Assembly: GCA_047284725.1 (NCBI GenBank)
Contig: JBJBEO010000001.1
Coordinates: 384,001-448,000 of the forward strand
Source of the DNA: Synechococcus sp.
Lineage (GTDB): Bacteria > Cyanobacteriota > Cyanobacteriia > PCC-6307 > Cyanobiaceae
Length of the DNA: 64,000 nt
Direction: 5' to 3'
Of this stretch, positions 31,347 through 41,325 are shown piece after piece (position 1 is the stretch's first letter; every line of letters begins with the position of its first letter). Under the pieces are notes generated by a model, which did not search any database, had not been told where the DNA came from, and saw only the letters and a program-made list of their open reading frames with translations. The position numbers and the translations under genes are program-made.

Positions 31347-31777
31347 GGCAGAGTTCGGTTGTAAATCACATCCTTCACGCTTCTGCCATCCGGAGCGATG
31401 AGGATTTCAGTTTCGGTGGTGGCATTGCTGTCGTCATACGGCCATCCCGGTCTGCCTCCCTGGAACCGAAACGTGAAGCCCTCGGTGTTGTTTTGAATCA
31501 GGCAGTCACCACCACCGGTGTCGGTTTCAAACATGCAGGGCTGGGGCCGATAGACCCCAAGTCCTCCGTTTTCAGCAACTGCGGTGGTACGAGCCAGATT
31601 GAGGGCCCGCACCTGAGCAGTCGGAACCTGGGCACTGACCGGAGGTGCTGTGATGGCTGTGAGGCCAACACCAGTGAGGCTGCTGACCGAGGCGATCGCC
31701 ATGAGGGAGCGAATCCAGAGCATGCTGTTTGCGGGCAGGGCTGTCCTAGTGGTGAACCCGTGTCGCGTAAATGTCAA
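31343..31777 (-). CDS. Secreted hypothetical protein, paralog of 31818..32198
   Basis: Shared A.NLAR...NGGL..YR...CM and F.FQGG.PGW. Start uncertain. Confidence 0.75.
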   Translation of the reverse strand: MTFTRHGFTTRTALPANSMLWIRSLMAIASVSSLTGVGLTAITAPPVSAQVPTAQVRALNLARTTAVAENGGLGVYRPQPCMFETDTGGGDCLIQNNTEGFTFRFQGGRPGWPYDDSNATTETEILIAPDGRSVKDVIYNRTLP

Positions 31778-31817
31778 CGAGACGGCTCTGAATCGCGAGC
31801 CCTTCCGTTCTGAGGCA

Positions 31818-32198
31818 TTAGGGCAGGGGCTGGTTGGTGACCGAGCGGATCACCTCTCCATCGGCGGACACTGTCACTGTGGTGACGACGGTTGGTTGGA
31901 CCGGACGGCGTTGCTGCCATCCCGGAGCACCCCCCTGAAACCGAAAGACGTAAGCCGCAGGGCTTGATTCCACAAGACAGTCGGGGGCTCCCGTGCTGTA
32001 CATGCACCGATCCGCTCGGTAGTTGCTCAGTCCTCCATTGATCGATTCGGCTCGCAACCGTGCCAGATTGGCTGCCTTGGTCTGCGAAACAGGCATCGCG
32101 GCGGCCTGGGCCCGACAGATGTTCGGAGCCAGCAACGTGTGAGAGGTCAGCAGCAGGCTCGCCACCGCCAGGGTTCGTGGGTGGGATAACAGCACCAT
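31818..32198 (-). CDS. Secreted hypothetical protein, paralog of 31343..31777
   Basis: Same shared motifs as its neighbour. Confidence 0.75.
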   Translation of the reverse strand: MVLLSHPRTLAVASLLLTSHTLLAPNICRAQAAAMPVSQTKAANLARLRAESINGGLSNYRADRCMYSTGAPDCLVESSPAAYVFRFQGGAPGWQQRRPVQPTVVTTVTVSADGEVIRSVTNQPLP

Positions 32199-32303
32199 GG
32201 CGCTATCAGACTGGATTCCATCTTGGGACTGATCGATCGGCGACGGGTGAACTCTGCAGCCACAGGTTTGAGCAGATGTGTCTGCTGGAGGGGCGTCAAC
32301 CGC

Positions 32304-32648
32304 TTAACCACAGACCCAGGTTTTTTGCTCTTCCGTACAGGGGAGATTGGTCGTGGTGCCGTCTTCCCAGTAAATGCGCAGGCGATCGTCGAGACTCCCG
32401 AGCCGCAACGTGAGGGATTTCACCGGGCCAGGTGGTGTTTTGTCGTTGGGATCGGACGTGCCGTCTGAACCATTGACAACACGGCGTTCGAGCTGTTGAA
32501 GCCGGTAGTCAAGACGTTTGATCGCTTCGCTCTGGTCGATGCTGTTGGGATCGGATGGGCTCGATGTACAGCCCGCCAGAGCGAATGCAATCACGCCATA
32601 GGCGCTGACGAGTCCCAGTCCTGGGCGTTGGCAAGGGGCCTGGGTCAT
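32304..32648 (-). CDS. Conserved lipoprotein
   Basis: Lipobox LAGC. C-terminal DDRLRIYW.DG...LPCT.EQ.TWVCG. Confidence 0.75.
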   Translation of the reverse strand: MTQAPCQRPGLGLVSAYGVIAFALAGCTSSPSDPNSIDQSEAIKRLDYRLQQLERRVVNGSDGTSDPNDKTPPGPVKSLTLRLGSLDDRLRIYWEDGTTTNLPCTEEQKTWVCG

Positions 32649-33088
32649 GGCAATCAGGAGGTGGGCACAGTCTGCTGCCTCAGCCGTGATGCACCAGCCG
32701 TTCGCTCCAATACACCACAGCGCCTTGAGCTTCCAGCTCTGCGCGGCGATGGCGGGCGCGTTGAAAAGGAACAGTTTCCTCCAGGCGTTGACCGGAATGG
32801 AGCCAGCGGATCAGGACCACGCGTTCACCGAATCGCAACCTGAGAATCTTAAGTCTTTATTTGATTCTGGTGTTCGTGTTGCCGCTGCGCCTTCGGGTCA
32901 ATCCGGGGGGTGGCGGCCTGGGCGGCTTCGGTGGACCAGGCAAGACCCGTTGCAGCAGGCGGGGCCGCGGCCTGACGAGGAAATGATTGCGGAAGCGTTA
33001 CAGCGCTCAATCTTCCGTTACAATGGCTTTGGCAGGGCATTCCTGCCCTTCCGTAACCGTCTCTTCGGAGACCTTCTTTTCCGTTCTC

Positions 33089-34168
33089 ATGACCACCACC
33101 ATTCAGCAGCGCTCCGGCGCCACTGGCTGGCAGCAGTTCTGCGAGTGGGTCACCTCCACCAACAACCGCCTCTATGTGGGCTGGTTCGGTGTGCTGATGA
33201 TCCCCACCCTGCTGGCCGCCACCACCTGCTTCATCGTTGCGTTCATCGCAGCACCCCCCGTCGACATCGACGGCATCCGTGAGCCCGTTGCTGGCTCTCT
33301 GATTTATGGCAACAACATCATCTCCGGTGCTGTTGTTCCTTCCTCCAACGCCATCGGCCTGCACTTCTATCCCATCTGGGAAGCGGCTTCTCTCGATGAG
33401 TGGCTGTACAACGGCGGTCCCTACCAGCTGGTTGTCTTCCACTTCCTGATCGGCATCTTCTGCTACATGGGTCGCGAGTGGGAACTCTCCTACCGCCTCG
33501 GCATGCGCCCCTGGATCTGCGTTGCCTACAGCGCACCTGTGGCTGCTGCTTCTGCAGTGTTCCTGGTCTACCCCTTCGGTCAGGGTTCCTTCTCTGACGG
33601 CATGCCCCTGGGCATCTCCGGCACCTTCAACTTCATGCTGGTGTTCCAGGCCGAGCACAACATCCTGATGCACCCCTTCCACATGCTGGGTGTGGCTGGT
33701 GTTTTCGGCGGCAGCCTGTTCTCCGCCATGCACGGCTCCCTGGTGACCTCCTCCCTGGTGCGTGAAACCACCGAGAGCGAGTCCCAGAACTACGGCTACA
33801 AGTTCGGCCAAGAGGAAGAGACCTATAACATCGTGGCTGCCCACGGTTACTTCGGTCGCCTGATCTTCCAATACGCTTCCTTCAACAACAGCCGCAGCCT
33901 TCACTTCTTCCTGGCTGCCTGGCCTGTCGTTGGCATCTGGTTCACTGCCCTGGGCGTCAGCACCATGGCCTTCAACCTGAACGGTTTCAACTTCAACCAG
34001 TCCATCCTTGATGGTCAGGGCCGCGTCCTGAACACCTGGGCTGATGTGCTGAACCGCGCCAACCTCGGCATGGAAGTGATGCACGAGCGCAACGCTCACA
34101 ACTTCCCCCTCGACCTGGCTGCTGCCGAGTCCACTCCTGTGGCTCTGCAGGCTCCTGCCATCGGCTGA
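33089..34168 (+). CDS. psbA: Photosystem II D1 protein, Glu130-type (D1:2-like)
   Basis: 359 aa from MTTTIQQR to [15 protein letters not shown] carries Glu at the 130-equivalent position. Confidence 0.99.
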   Translation: MTTTIQQRSGATGWQQFCEWVTSTNNRLYVGWFGVLMIPTLLAATTCFIVAFIAAPPVDIDGIREPVAGSLIYGNNIISGAVVPSSNAIGLHFYPIWEAASLDEWLYNGGPYQLVVFHFLIGIFCYMGREWELSYRLGMRPWICVAYSAPVAAASAVFLVYPFGQGSFSDGMPLGISGTFNFMLVFQAEHNILMHPFHMLGVAGVFGGSLFSAMHGSLVTSSLVRETTESESQNYGYKFGQEEETYNIVAAHGYFGRLIFQYASFNNSRSLHFFLAAWPVVGIWFTALGVSTMAFNLNGFNFNQSILDGQGRVLNTWADVLNRANLGMEVMHERNAHNFPLDLAAAESTPVALQAPAIG

Positions 34169-34207
34169 GGCTGAAGTCTCAAAGAGATTCAGCTGCGGTT
34201 GAATCGC

Positions 34208-34238
34208 AAAGCCCCCGCCGTCTGGTGGGGGCTTTTTG
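34208..34238 (+). terminator. psbA terminator
   Basis: aaagcccccgcc-gtct-ggtgggggcttttt. Confidence 0.88.
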
Positions 34239-34273
34239 TAGTTTTGTCGCCTCGCCATTCACTCAAGACACGA

Positions 34274-35221
34274 ATGTTGTCTCTGGTCCTGCCGATCTGT
34301 CTTGCCTTCGTGATGTTCTCGCTGGGGATCAGCCTGCGGCCATCGGATTTCAGAGTGGCGTTACGTCAGCCAAAAACGCTTCTCGCCGGAGCCTTGGCTC
34401 AAATGGTGCTCTTGCCAGTCGTGGCCTATGGCCTGGTCTGCTTGTTCGGTCTCACCGATGAACTCGCGATCGGCGTGATGGTGCTCAGCTGTTGCCCTGG
34501 AGGGGTGACCTCGAACCTGTTCACCCGCTTCGCTCGCGGGGATGTGGCTCTATCGATCTCGTACACCGCCTTGGCCAGTGTGCTGACGGCAGTCACCCTT
34601 CCCTTGATTCTTGGTCTGGTCTCAGGGCCCTTGATGCCTGACCTCGACACCAGCATTTCGACGTTGCCTCTCAGCTTCAAGATGCTCTCGATCGCCACCC
34701 TGCCCGTGGTGATTGGCGTCTTCTGCAATCAGTGGAAGCCTGGCCTGTGTCTGGCGATGCGTCCCTTGTGCGACCGATTCGCCAATGTGATGCTTGTGCT
34801 GGTGATTATCGGCGCTGTTGCGAGTCAGTGGGCGCTGTTCGTTGGCAACCTCCAGGCTCTTGGACCGCTGCTGCTGCTGCTCAACCTCCTGATGCTCGGC
34901 ATTGGTCTTGGAGTGGGAACCCTGCTGGCGTTGCCCCAGGCGCAGGTGACAACGCTGGCCATTGAAAGCGGTTTCCAGAACGGAACCGTTGGCATTGTCG
35001 TTGGGACACTCCTCTCTCCCTTGGTGCTCGGAGATCAGTTGTCAGGGTTCAGTCTTCCGTCTGCCATCTACGGCGTGTTGATGCAATTCACAGTCATTCC
35101 CTTTGTGGTCTGGCGTCGTTTTTCTGCTCCGACCCTGTCCCTCAGGGAATGGAGCAGCGATCACACCGCCCCCATGCATGAACGGTTGTCGACATCAACG
35201 TCTGTCAGTGCCCGACGTTGA
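34274..35221 (+). CDS. Bile acid:sodium symporter (BASS) family transporter
   Basis: MFSLGISL, CPGGVTSN, GDVALS and IESGFQN. Confidence 0.9.
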   Translation: MLSLVLPICLAFVMFSLGISLRPSDFRVALRQPKTLLAGALAQMVLLPVVAYGLVCLFGLTDELAIGVMVLSCCPGGVTSNLFTRFARGDVALSISYTALASVLTAVTLPLILGLVSGPLMPDLDTSISTLPLSFKMLSIATLPVVIGVFCNQWKPGLCLAMRPLCDRFANVMLVLVIIGAVASQWALFVGNLQALGPLLLLLNLLMLGIGLGVGTLLALPQAQVTTLAIESGFQNGTVGIVVGTLLSPLVLGDQLSGFSLPSAIYGVLMQFTVIPFVVWRRFSAPTLSLREWSSDHTAPMHERLSTSTSVSARR

Positions 35222-36430
35222 TGGATGGGTCTGAGCAGCGCTGCTGTCTTCAATCTGATCGTTTGGAACAGGCTGTTCAGTTGTTGCTTGGATGCTGTCT
35301 TGAACCGTTTTGACCTCGGGTTCCAGGCTTGTTTCGGTGGCCTCCTCTCGCTGCGGTGTCGGTTCCTTCAACACAGGCAGGGGCGGGATCGTCAGGATCG
35401 GCGGTGATGGCGGTGATGGCGGTGGTGGTCCCACCACTTCCACTGCTGTGCGCTCCACCACCAGTCGGAATGGGGTGGAATAACGTCGATTGATTTCCTT
35501 TTGCACCGCTGTCACCTGCGCGAAGGTGGGCAGCTTGGGGTCGGCAACCCTGACCAGGGCTCGAATCTCAGGATTCGGTTTTGACCAGTCGATCCGTACG
35601 GACTCCAGTTCAACAGCTTCACTTTCCGGGATGCCGCTCACCTCGCCGAAGGTGATCGTTTCATTGCGTAGAAAGCGACGAATCGTCTCTGCCACTTGCT
35701 CACGGGTGGTGTCTTGATACCTGGCATTCAGCAGGCTCACGAAGCCACTGCCGAGGGGAACCACCAGTAACCCCGTGAGCGCGAAACTCGCTGCGCTGAG
35801 GTGACTACGGGTGAGTTGATCGCGAAACAGGGGGTCCTTCCAGGCCATCAGCACGAGTCCTCCAGTCAGGATCCCCAGGAGGTTCGTGCAGAAGAGCAGA
35901 CCGGCTCCCGCAGCGAGCTGCCAGTTCTGCTGAGACAGCAAAAGACCCATCACGCAGACCGGAGGGACCAGTGCCACCGCGATCGCCGTGCCGGCGAGTG
36001 AACTCACCGCGTCACTGCGCAGTTTGGCGTACGTCGCCAAGCCACCAGCGACCAGGGCAATGCCGAGGTCGAGCAGATTGGGGCTGGTGCGTGCGGCGAC
36101 TTCGCTGCCGAACTGGGGCAGGGCGACCAGGGTGCCCAAGAGGGTGGAGAGAAGGGTGGTTAGAAAGACCCCCAAGGCCAGGGTTGTGAGAGATCGGCTC
36201 AGCAATCGAACGCTGCCGAACAGAACAGCGAAGGAGCCGGCTCTGAGGGGCAGAATCCAAGGAGCCACCACCATCGCCCCAATCACCACAGCGGCGCTGT
36301 TGGCCAGAAGCCCAAGTGTGGCGATCAGGCTCGCCCCGATTGTGAGCACGACGAAGGCTTCGTCGAGCTCGGCATCTCGGCGGTAACTGCGGTGAAGCCT
36401 CTCGAGCTTCTCCGGCTCCATCCCGCTCAT
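35195..36430 (-). CDS. DUF389 membrane protein
   Basis: IATLGLLANSAAVVIGAMVVAP, RTSPNLLDL and AIAVALVPP. Confidence 0.9.
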   Translation of the reverse strand: MSGMEPEKLERLHRSYRRDAELDEAFVVLTIGASLIATLGLLANSAAVVIGAMVVAPWILPLRAGSFAVLFGSVRLLSRSLTTLALGVFLTTLLSTLLGTLVALPQFGSEVAARTSPNLLDLGIALVAGGLATYAKLRSDAVSSLAGTAIAVALVPPVCVMGLLLSQQNWQLAAGAGLLFCTNLLGILTGGLVLMAWKDPLFRDQLTRSHLSAASFALTGLLVVPLGSGFVSLLNARYQDTTREQVAETIRRFLRNETITFGEVSGIPESEAVELESVRIDWSKPNPEIRALVRVADPKLPTFAQVTAVQKEINRRYSTPFRLVVERTAVEVVGPPPPSPPSPPILTIPPLPVLKEPTPQREEATETSLEPEVKTVQDSIQATTEQPVPNDQIEDSSAAQTHPSTSGTDRR

Positions 36431-37196
36431 GGCGTGTTCGTTGAGACGGTCTCAGTCTGATTCAGGTGCGTTTGAACGCACAGTCATTGCGGTGCTTTGA
36501 TGAGCCATGAATGGCTGGCGACCATGGCCGTCAAGCGTCCTCAGAATTTGTTGGCCCGCATCCATCCAATGGTGCCTGCTTGTGCATTGCTGGAGGCTGT
36601 TTGGCTGGATTGGTTTTGGACAACCCGTACTTGATACCAAAGTCCTCTCTGCCCTGAAAGCGTGCGATTCACAGTCTGCAGGAGTTCGACGAAAGAACCA
36701 CTGGCCACTAACCCTTGCGCATGGTTTGGACATCCCTTGCTGACCGACGGAACGGAGGCGGGTGTTTGTCCTCCGCAGTTGTGAAGGAAGGCCGCTGATT
36801 TTGTTTCCAGCACATGTGGATGATGGCCTGGATAGGGGTGAGCGATTCCTGCACCATGCAGTAACGCTGTCACAGTGAGCCCTCCAAGAAGCCCTTTCTG
36901 CAAGCACTGGGTCAGGTGAGACATTGTTTGGGTGTCCGTTCTCTTCACTAAGCCGAGACTATCCAGCCTGGATTGCAAAAACATGTCAGCTTTCCGCCCA
37001 CATATGACTGAGTACGCCTGCTGGGCTGGTCGCGAGCAGTTCAGCACTCAGCAGTCACTCAGCCTCACCCTGCGGTTGATCCAGCTCTGACACCTCCCTG
37101 AAGCACGTGCAGTCAGTTCAGTGCAGTCAATGGGCACAATTTGCGCAATAAGCGGCTACATCGTGCCCAGCCTGTCTCAGAACCACGGGGGTAACG

Positions 37197-37240
37197 AAAG
37201 CCGATGACCTGACTTGAACAGGCGACCCACGCTTTACGAA
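37197..37240 (-). repeat. Distal att site: duplicated 3' part of tRNA-Thr (44 bp)
   Basis: aaagccgatgacctgacttgaacaggcgacccacgctttacgaa is identical to 53926..53969. Confidence 0.97.
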
Positions 37241-37330
37241 GGCATAATCAAGCCCAGTCAGGGACTGAAGAATCCAGTCATAGCCTCAATCCTTGTCAAC
37301 GCTGCCGGCAGGAGTCGGCACGGTTTTCGT

Positions 37331-37354
37331 CAAAAGTGGGCACGCGTGCCCACT
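37331..37354. promoter_or_regulatory. Putative integrase arm-type sites (GTGGGCAC motif)
   Basis: Perfect 20-bp palindrome agtgggcacgcgtgcccact at 37335..37354. caaaagtgggcacg is identical to 53774..53787. Confidence 0.6.
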
Positions 37355-37853
37355 GCCCAAAGTGCTGTGGTCGGCAGGGTTAGGCAGGGTTGACACGGGT
37401 GGTGTTTCGGCATCGCTGATGGCCATGGCCACAGCAACGTGTCGCATCGTCATTTCGAGGTGTCTGCCGGTCATCGACAGCAGTAGTGCCCAGGCCTCTG
37501 GATCACCCGATCCCACCAGCCACTCCACTTCACCTTCCAGTTGATCCAGCTCTGACACCACCCGCAAGCACAACTGTTCAACGCAGAGCATCAGCAGCGA
37601 CGGCACACCATCAACCAGTCTGCTGAGTGTGGCCACGCAGGGTTCACCCGTGAGATAATGGGGTCATCGACAGGGCAGCCACAGGCGCCGGTCGATCACC
37701 ACAGCATTCACAACCAATGACCACCACCGATCGCGTGGCGGCTCTCTATCAGCTGTATCTGCAGCTGGATGAGTTGACCACTGCCGAGGAGATGGAGGCG
37801 TATCCATTCCTCGAACACCTTGCCGACCTAATTGAAGATCTGGAGGGAGACGC

Positions 37854-38048
37854 ATGATCTCCTTCTCCTGCCTTCTCGCTTGGGCGGCAGTGCTGATCTG
37901 CCTGCCTGTGATCGTCCTTCTCTGGGCGACCGAATCACGTTCCACCCGCATCAACCGTCTCCGCAAGCGCGGACAGTCGTGGCGTCTCATCGCCGAGCGC
38001 TACGGCGTCAGCCAGTCAACGGTCAGGAAGTGGGCCATAGCTTCCTAA
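37854..38048 (+). CDS. Small protein with an N-terminal TM helix and a C-terminal HTH
   Basis: Hydrophobic N-terminus, then LRKRGQSWRLIAERYGVSQSTVRKW. Confidence 0.75.
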   Translation: MISFSCLLAWAAVLICLPVIVLLWATESRSTRINRLRKRGQSWRLIAERYGVSQSTVRKWAIAS

Positions 38049-38127
38049 GAATCCTCTGAAGAAATGTGGGGACCTTGCTCTGCAGCACGCTCCCCACGGT
38101 CAAAGTGACGTTGTTTCTTAGAGAATC

Positions 38128-38382
38128 ATGAAAGACCCTGTGACGGGGAATGCGATGCCTCCCGGCTTCACCACCGACGATTTCACCAAGAGTGACCCAA
38201 CACCGCTGGCCATGACTCTGGGCTACTCAAAAGTCGAATGGACTCTCATCGGCATCGGGGATTCAGTGACGCCACCGACAACCAATTTGGTTCCGCACAC
38301 CATCGCCTTGAGCCATCCTTTCAACGATGAACGTCAAGTCACCATGTTCGGAACCGACAGCCTGGATGGTCTTGGCTTCTGA
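38128..38382 (+). CDS. Hypothetical protein
   Basis: 84-aa ORF followed by a terminator. Confidence 0.6.
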   Translation: MKDPVTGNAMPPGFTTDDFTKSDPTPLAMTLGYSKVEWTLIGIGDSVTPPTTNLVPHTIALSHPFNDERQVTMFGTDSLDGLGF

Positions 38383-38408
38383 ACACGCCAGCGGAATGGT
38401 GATTGAAG

Positions 38409-38436
38409 CGCCCCTCTGATACAGGGGCGTTTTTTT
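38409..38436 (+). terminator. Intrinsic terminator
   Basis: cgcccct-ctgatac-aggggcg followed by a T-run. Confidence 0.85.
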
Positions 38437-39250
38437 GCGCCTCTGGAGAATCTCAGGCCAACAGACCCTGACCTTCAGTCGATCCCCTTCAATGCTGATC
38501 GCAGCAGCAACAGCAGATCACCCGCAGCAATCTCAACCGGGGCATCCGGTGCCGTCCACGGTGAGATGCCGCCCATCGTGACCTTGGCCCTACCAATGGC
38601 GGCCACCATCGCGATTGATCGCAATTCTGCGTGCGCATCCGTTGCTGACTTCAGTTCCTGCAGATCAGATGGGCTGAAATCTTCGGCTCCATCACACAGC
38701 AATCCCCAAGCTGTTTCACCAAAGGGTGAGGGTCCGGCTGTATCGCCTCCGACCACGGCCGTGGTGCTGATCGCTTGGGCCACTGAATCGAAATCAGAGA
38801 TGTCTGGCTTAGCGAAAACGACAAATAGCGGAAACAGGGCAAGTTGCAAAGTGATTAAGGCTTTTTTCTTGACTTGTCTTTCCCTTCGGTAATTGATTGA
38901 TACAACGCGGCAATTAAAACACACACCGCAAGGATTAGGCAGCCCCAGTAAATAATGCTGACTACAGTTCCAACAAGTAATTTGAAGATTGAAGGGGCTA
39001 CTATGTCGAGAAGTATTGCTGCCGTAAAAGTGCTCAGCATTAACCAGTAGCGCTTTCTCCAAAATTTCCATATACGAGCCCTAAACCTGTTGTCTTCTTC
39101 AGATTCAGAAGCCAACTTGAAAAGCCGCAAAGAGTTCTTCACCAGATTTTTTGCCCATTGCGCCGTCACATCTGAACCTTTCCGTACGTATACCAGTCTG
39201 CAGAGCAAAGTGGCATTAAGGAGGATGTTGAACGCACTAGCCGATCCCCT

Positions 39251-39625
39251 TCAGCGCAACCGCGACAACAGCTGACGCGTCAGCAGCGCCACATCCTGCA
39301 GCGTCAATGGCACCAGCTCATCTGCATCGCTCATCTCAGATACCTGCTTCAACGCCTCTCTGATTCGCCCTAATGCCTGCAGCGTTGCCGCTGCTCTCAT
39401 CTCTGGATGTGCCTCAACCGTGTCCATAAATTCCCGCAGATCGCTCAGCATCTGCCCCTGACCTGCGATCACATCCCAGGCGCTGGCCCCCTCAAGAGAA
39501 AGACCATCAATGCCCCCATTGATGGCAGGTGGTTCAGCTGATTCCGCACCTGCCCCCAACGGTGCAGGCGGCGCCGCCGAACCCATCACGTGTGCTGCAA
39601 TCGCTTCTCGCTTGCGTTGGCTCAT
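39251..39625 (-). CDS. Hypothetical element protein
   Basis: Coupled to 39622..40041 by an ATGA overlap. Confidence 0.65.
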   Translation of the reverse strand: MSQRKREAIAAHVMGSAAPPAPLGAGAESAEPPAINGGIDGLSLEGASAWDVIAGQGQMLSDLREFMDTVEAHPEMRAAATLQALGRIREALKQVSEMSDADELVPLTLQDVALLTRQLLSRLR

Positions 39626-40041
39626 GTCGTCACCTTCTCTCGTTTCAGGCGGTTGTAAGCACGCGCCATTCGTTCTTCCAGCGTTGGTTTTGGCCTCCTG
39701 ATCACCACAGCTGGAGTGGGTTGCAACCGACAGCGTTCAAGGTGCGCTTGCAAACAGCGCTGACGGTGAACCTGTGCCTGTTCCTGTCGTTCTTGCATGT
39801 CCCGGTGGAACTGCGCTTCAGCAACGCGGAGGCTCTGAGCTTCAAGCAACTCCAGGGCGTGGCGATTGTCCCCATCCACGTTCAACGCCAGCCGCTTCTC
39901 ACACCAGAAAGCAACTGCCTGTGCCCCGCCATTGCAGAACGCCAGCATCAACACAGTGCGGTGTTGATTCGCTTTGCAGCATCGATATAGCCGTTCGAAC
40001 AGGACGTACAACGGCGGAGGGGGGTTTTTGCCTCTACCCAT
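39622..40041 (-). CDS. Hypothetical element protein
   Basis: Part of the minus-strand chain 40260 to 39251. Confidence 0.6.
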   Translation of the reverse strand: MGRGKNPPPPLYVLFERLYRCCKANQHRTVLMLAFCNGGAQAVAFWCEKRLALNVDGDNRHALELLEAQSLRVAEAQFHRDMQERQEQAQVHRQRCLQAHLERCRLQPTPAVVIRRPKPTLEERMARAYNRLKREKVTT

Positions 40042-40044
40042 CCA

Positions 40045-40260
40045 TCAACCCTCCAACGGCGGGAGGGGCGAAAGCTCCAGCCCGACGAAAGAGGGCATGG
40101 CGCTGGCCTTACGGATGTCGTTGGCCGCAGCATTCGCGTCCAGATACCTAGCTTTCCCTTGCTGAGCCAGGGTCAGCGGATTCAGTGCAGGGCTGCCCGC
40201 TGATCTCTTGTTCGGCACCACCGGGGACCACGGCGCGCCAGGGTCATTCCGCCGTCTCAC
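40045..40260 (-). CDS. Small hypothetical element protein
   Basis: Stops 3 nt before the next ATG. Confidence 0.45.
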   Translation of the reverse strand: MRRRNDPGAPWSPVVPNKRSAGSPALNPLTLAQQGKARYLDANAAANDIRKASAMPSFVGLELSPLPPLEG

Positions 40261-40376
40261 TGATACCTCCAGGCAGGTTGCTGCACCGCGTCAGTCGGTC
40301 CCTTCGCCTTTGGTTCGCTTTGCAGCATCATCCGCCTTCTCTTAGAGCGTCTGAATCGACAAGCGATCAAGACCTA

Positions 40377-40769
40377 GTGATCAAACAGCTGCTCCCCCTC
40401 GCAGTACTACTGCTTGCCAGTTGCAATGCTGCTGCTGGCCCTTACCCCGAGGTGCAGATCACTCGCTGCTACGACGGCGATACCTGCACCAGCAGCACCG
40501 GAGAGAAGATCCGGCTGGCCTGTATCAATACGCCAGAGCTACAAGGGCGCAATGCTGATCCGATTCCAGCGAAAGCTGCACGGGACTATCTGCGTGGCTA
40601 CCTGAAAGGGAAGACCATCACCATCCGCCGCATCGATACCGATCGCTATGGCCGCACCGTGGCGGAGCTGTTTGCGGACGGGGTGAATGTCCAGCAACAG
40701 TTGGATGCGAGCGGGCATGCAGAGGTCTACCACCGTTACGCCAAACAGTGCCCATGGACAAATCACTGA
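40377..40769 (+). CDS. Thermonuclease (SNase) lipoprotein
   Basis: GTG start, lipobox LASC, and YDGDT, IRLACINTPE, DRYGRTVAE motifs. Confidence 0.88.
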   Translation: MIKQLLPLAVLLLASCNAAAGPYPEVQITRCYDGDTCTSSTGEKIRLACINTPELQGRNADPIPAKAARDYLRGYLKGKTITIRRIDTDRYGRTVAELFADGVNVQQQLDASGHAEVYHRYAKQCPWTNH

Positions 40770-41116
40770 TCCGCACCACACTCGCTGCCATCGCATCCAC
40801 GGCTGCGCTCCTTGCAGTCAGCGAACCGATGGATCCACCAGTGGCCCAGGCCGACACCGTGAAGGATGCGCTCTGCGTCCTTTCCCGCCACGACGACTCC
40901 ATCCCCAGGGAGGAGTTCCGCTGCGACTTCACCCAGCTGCGTGGCAACGTCTACATCAACAGCAAGCGCTGGGCCTTTGCCTTTCCTGATGCCGAAAGGG
41001 GAAAGACCTACAACCGCCAGAACACCGAAGACTTCAAACGCTTCACCCGTGAAGGCCAGTACACGCTGACCGTGTTCGAGTCGGGTGAGAAGCCAAACGA
41101 GACCGGCGGGTTCTGA
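40754..41116 (+). CDS. Secreted hypothetical protein, paralog of 92..433
   Basis: Signal peptide ending AQA-D. Overlaps the nuclease stop codon. Confidence 0.8.
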   Translation: MDKSLIRTTLAAIASTAALLAVSEPMDPPVAQADTVKDALCVLSRHDDSIPREEFRCDFTQLRGNVYINSKRWAFAFPDAERGKTYNRQNTEDFKRFTREGQYTLTVFESGEKPNETGGF

Positions 41117-41325
41117 TCGGTTGGAACGCAAAAACCAGCTCAGGCTCTGCAACTCACTGATCAAGGCTTCAATCAGACACTTGAGCCTGCGACTCCGCTT
41201 CTTCCTTGAGGCCCTGGGTGAGCAGGGAATCCGATCGCAATAATTAAGAATACAAAATTCGGCCACTGACGCAAAGGCATTCGGGGAGTTAGCCGTCAAA
41301 ATTAAAAATTATACGCAATCATCTA

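Noticed and set aside
32849..34258. 469-aa minus-strand ORF
   Set aside because: Antisense shadow of psbA produced by strong codon bias.
35396..35430. Short ggcggtgat tandem repeat
   Set aside because: Encodes the Pro/Ser linker of DUF389.
36452..37047. ORFs between DUF389 and the att site
   Set aside because: Conflicting frames with no recognisable family.
38475..39208. Two overlapping ORFs considered as a capsid or tail gene
   Set aside because: Too short, with no recognisable structural motifs. I could not tell which frame is real.
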